Shown piece by piece: positions 63,994-64,000 of a stretch of 64,000 nucleotides of DNA. Each line of letters starts with the position of its first letter. The first letter of the stretch is position 1. The stretch is from Clostridia bacterium (GTDB lineage: Bacteria > Bacillota > Clostridia > Christensenellales > DTU072): the NCBI GenBank assembly GCA_017403145.1, contig JAFQOO010000002.1, positions 408 through 64,407 of the forward strand, in the 5' to 3' direction. A program made the position numbers and the translations under genes. The notes beneath the pieces are model-generated. The model saw only the letters and a program-made list of their open reading frames with translations, was not told where the DNA came from and did not search any database.

Positions 63994-64000
63994 CCATAAA

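Noticed and set aside
1-64000. CRISPR arrays, rRNA or tRNA genes, transposases, integrases, prophage structural genes
   Set aside because: Reading both strands showed no regularly spaced 25-40 nt repeats, no cloverleaf-compatible segments and no recombinase motifs among ORFs of 60 aa or more. A computational scan (tRNAscan, Infernal, minced) should confirm this.

Overview
64 kb chromosomal segment from a low-GC Gram-positive (Bacillota/Clostridia-like) genome. This assignment is inferred from CIRCE/HrcA operators, a YerC-type regulator, comEC-holA synteny, cdaA, and Gram-positive lipoboxes. Genes lie mostly on the + strand, tightly packed, with many clear rho-independent terminators. No rRNA, tRNA, CRISPR array, transposase or integrase was recognised.

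Core content:
- A complete histidine operon: yerC-like regulator, a fused hisZ-hisG, then hisD, C, B, H, A, F and IE.
- comEC-holA, cdaA-DUF1015-lysC, and three rRNA methyltransferases (RlmD-, RlmI- and RlmA-like).
- A heterodimeric ABC exporter pair, a GH4 glycosidase, a GPH sugar symporter, and several peptidases and esterases.
- An enoate-reductase-like flavoenzyme with a split aconitase-X.
- An APH(3')-like kinase, and Hsp20 behind tandem CIRCE operators.

The left ~6.5 kb looks accessory and visibly more AT-rich. It is bracketed by a 27-nt direct repeat (1..27 and 6131..6157) and abuts a 5'-truncated NADAR gene. It carries:
- two paralogous 141-aa genes with a conserved leader;
- a truncated AAA+ gene;
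- a small protein with an FtsK-gamma-like wHTH plus a CHC2 zinc finger;
- a cytoplasmic BspA-type LRR protein;
- a two-gene operon of a WYL-domain regulator and a 415-aa uracil-DNA-glycosylase-superfamily-like protein.

The WYL/UDG-like operon is my best candidate for an undescribed (defence-type) system.

Other points worth a second look:
- a translationally coupled YcgL-type nucleotidyltransferase / unknown protein / radical SAM operon that ends in an unannotated 32-aa ORF;
- an origin-like module of three perfect, co-oriented DnaA boxes, phased ACAAAT repeats and an AT-rich tract, far from any dnaA gene;
- several apparently leaderless mRNAs (TATAAT-N6-ATG);
- promoter-embedded palindromes and alternating purine-pyrimidine tracts.

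All functional calls come from motif recognition by eye. No searches or computations were run.
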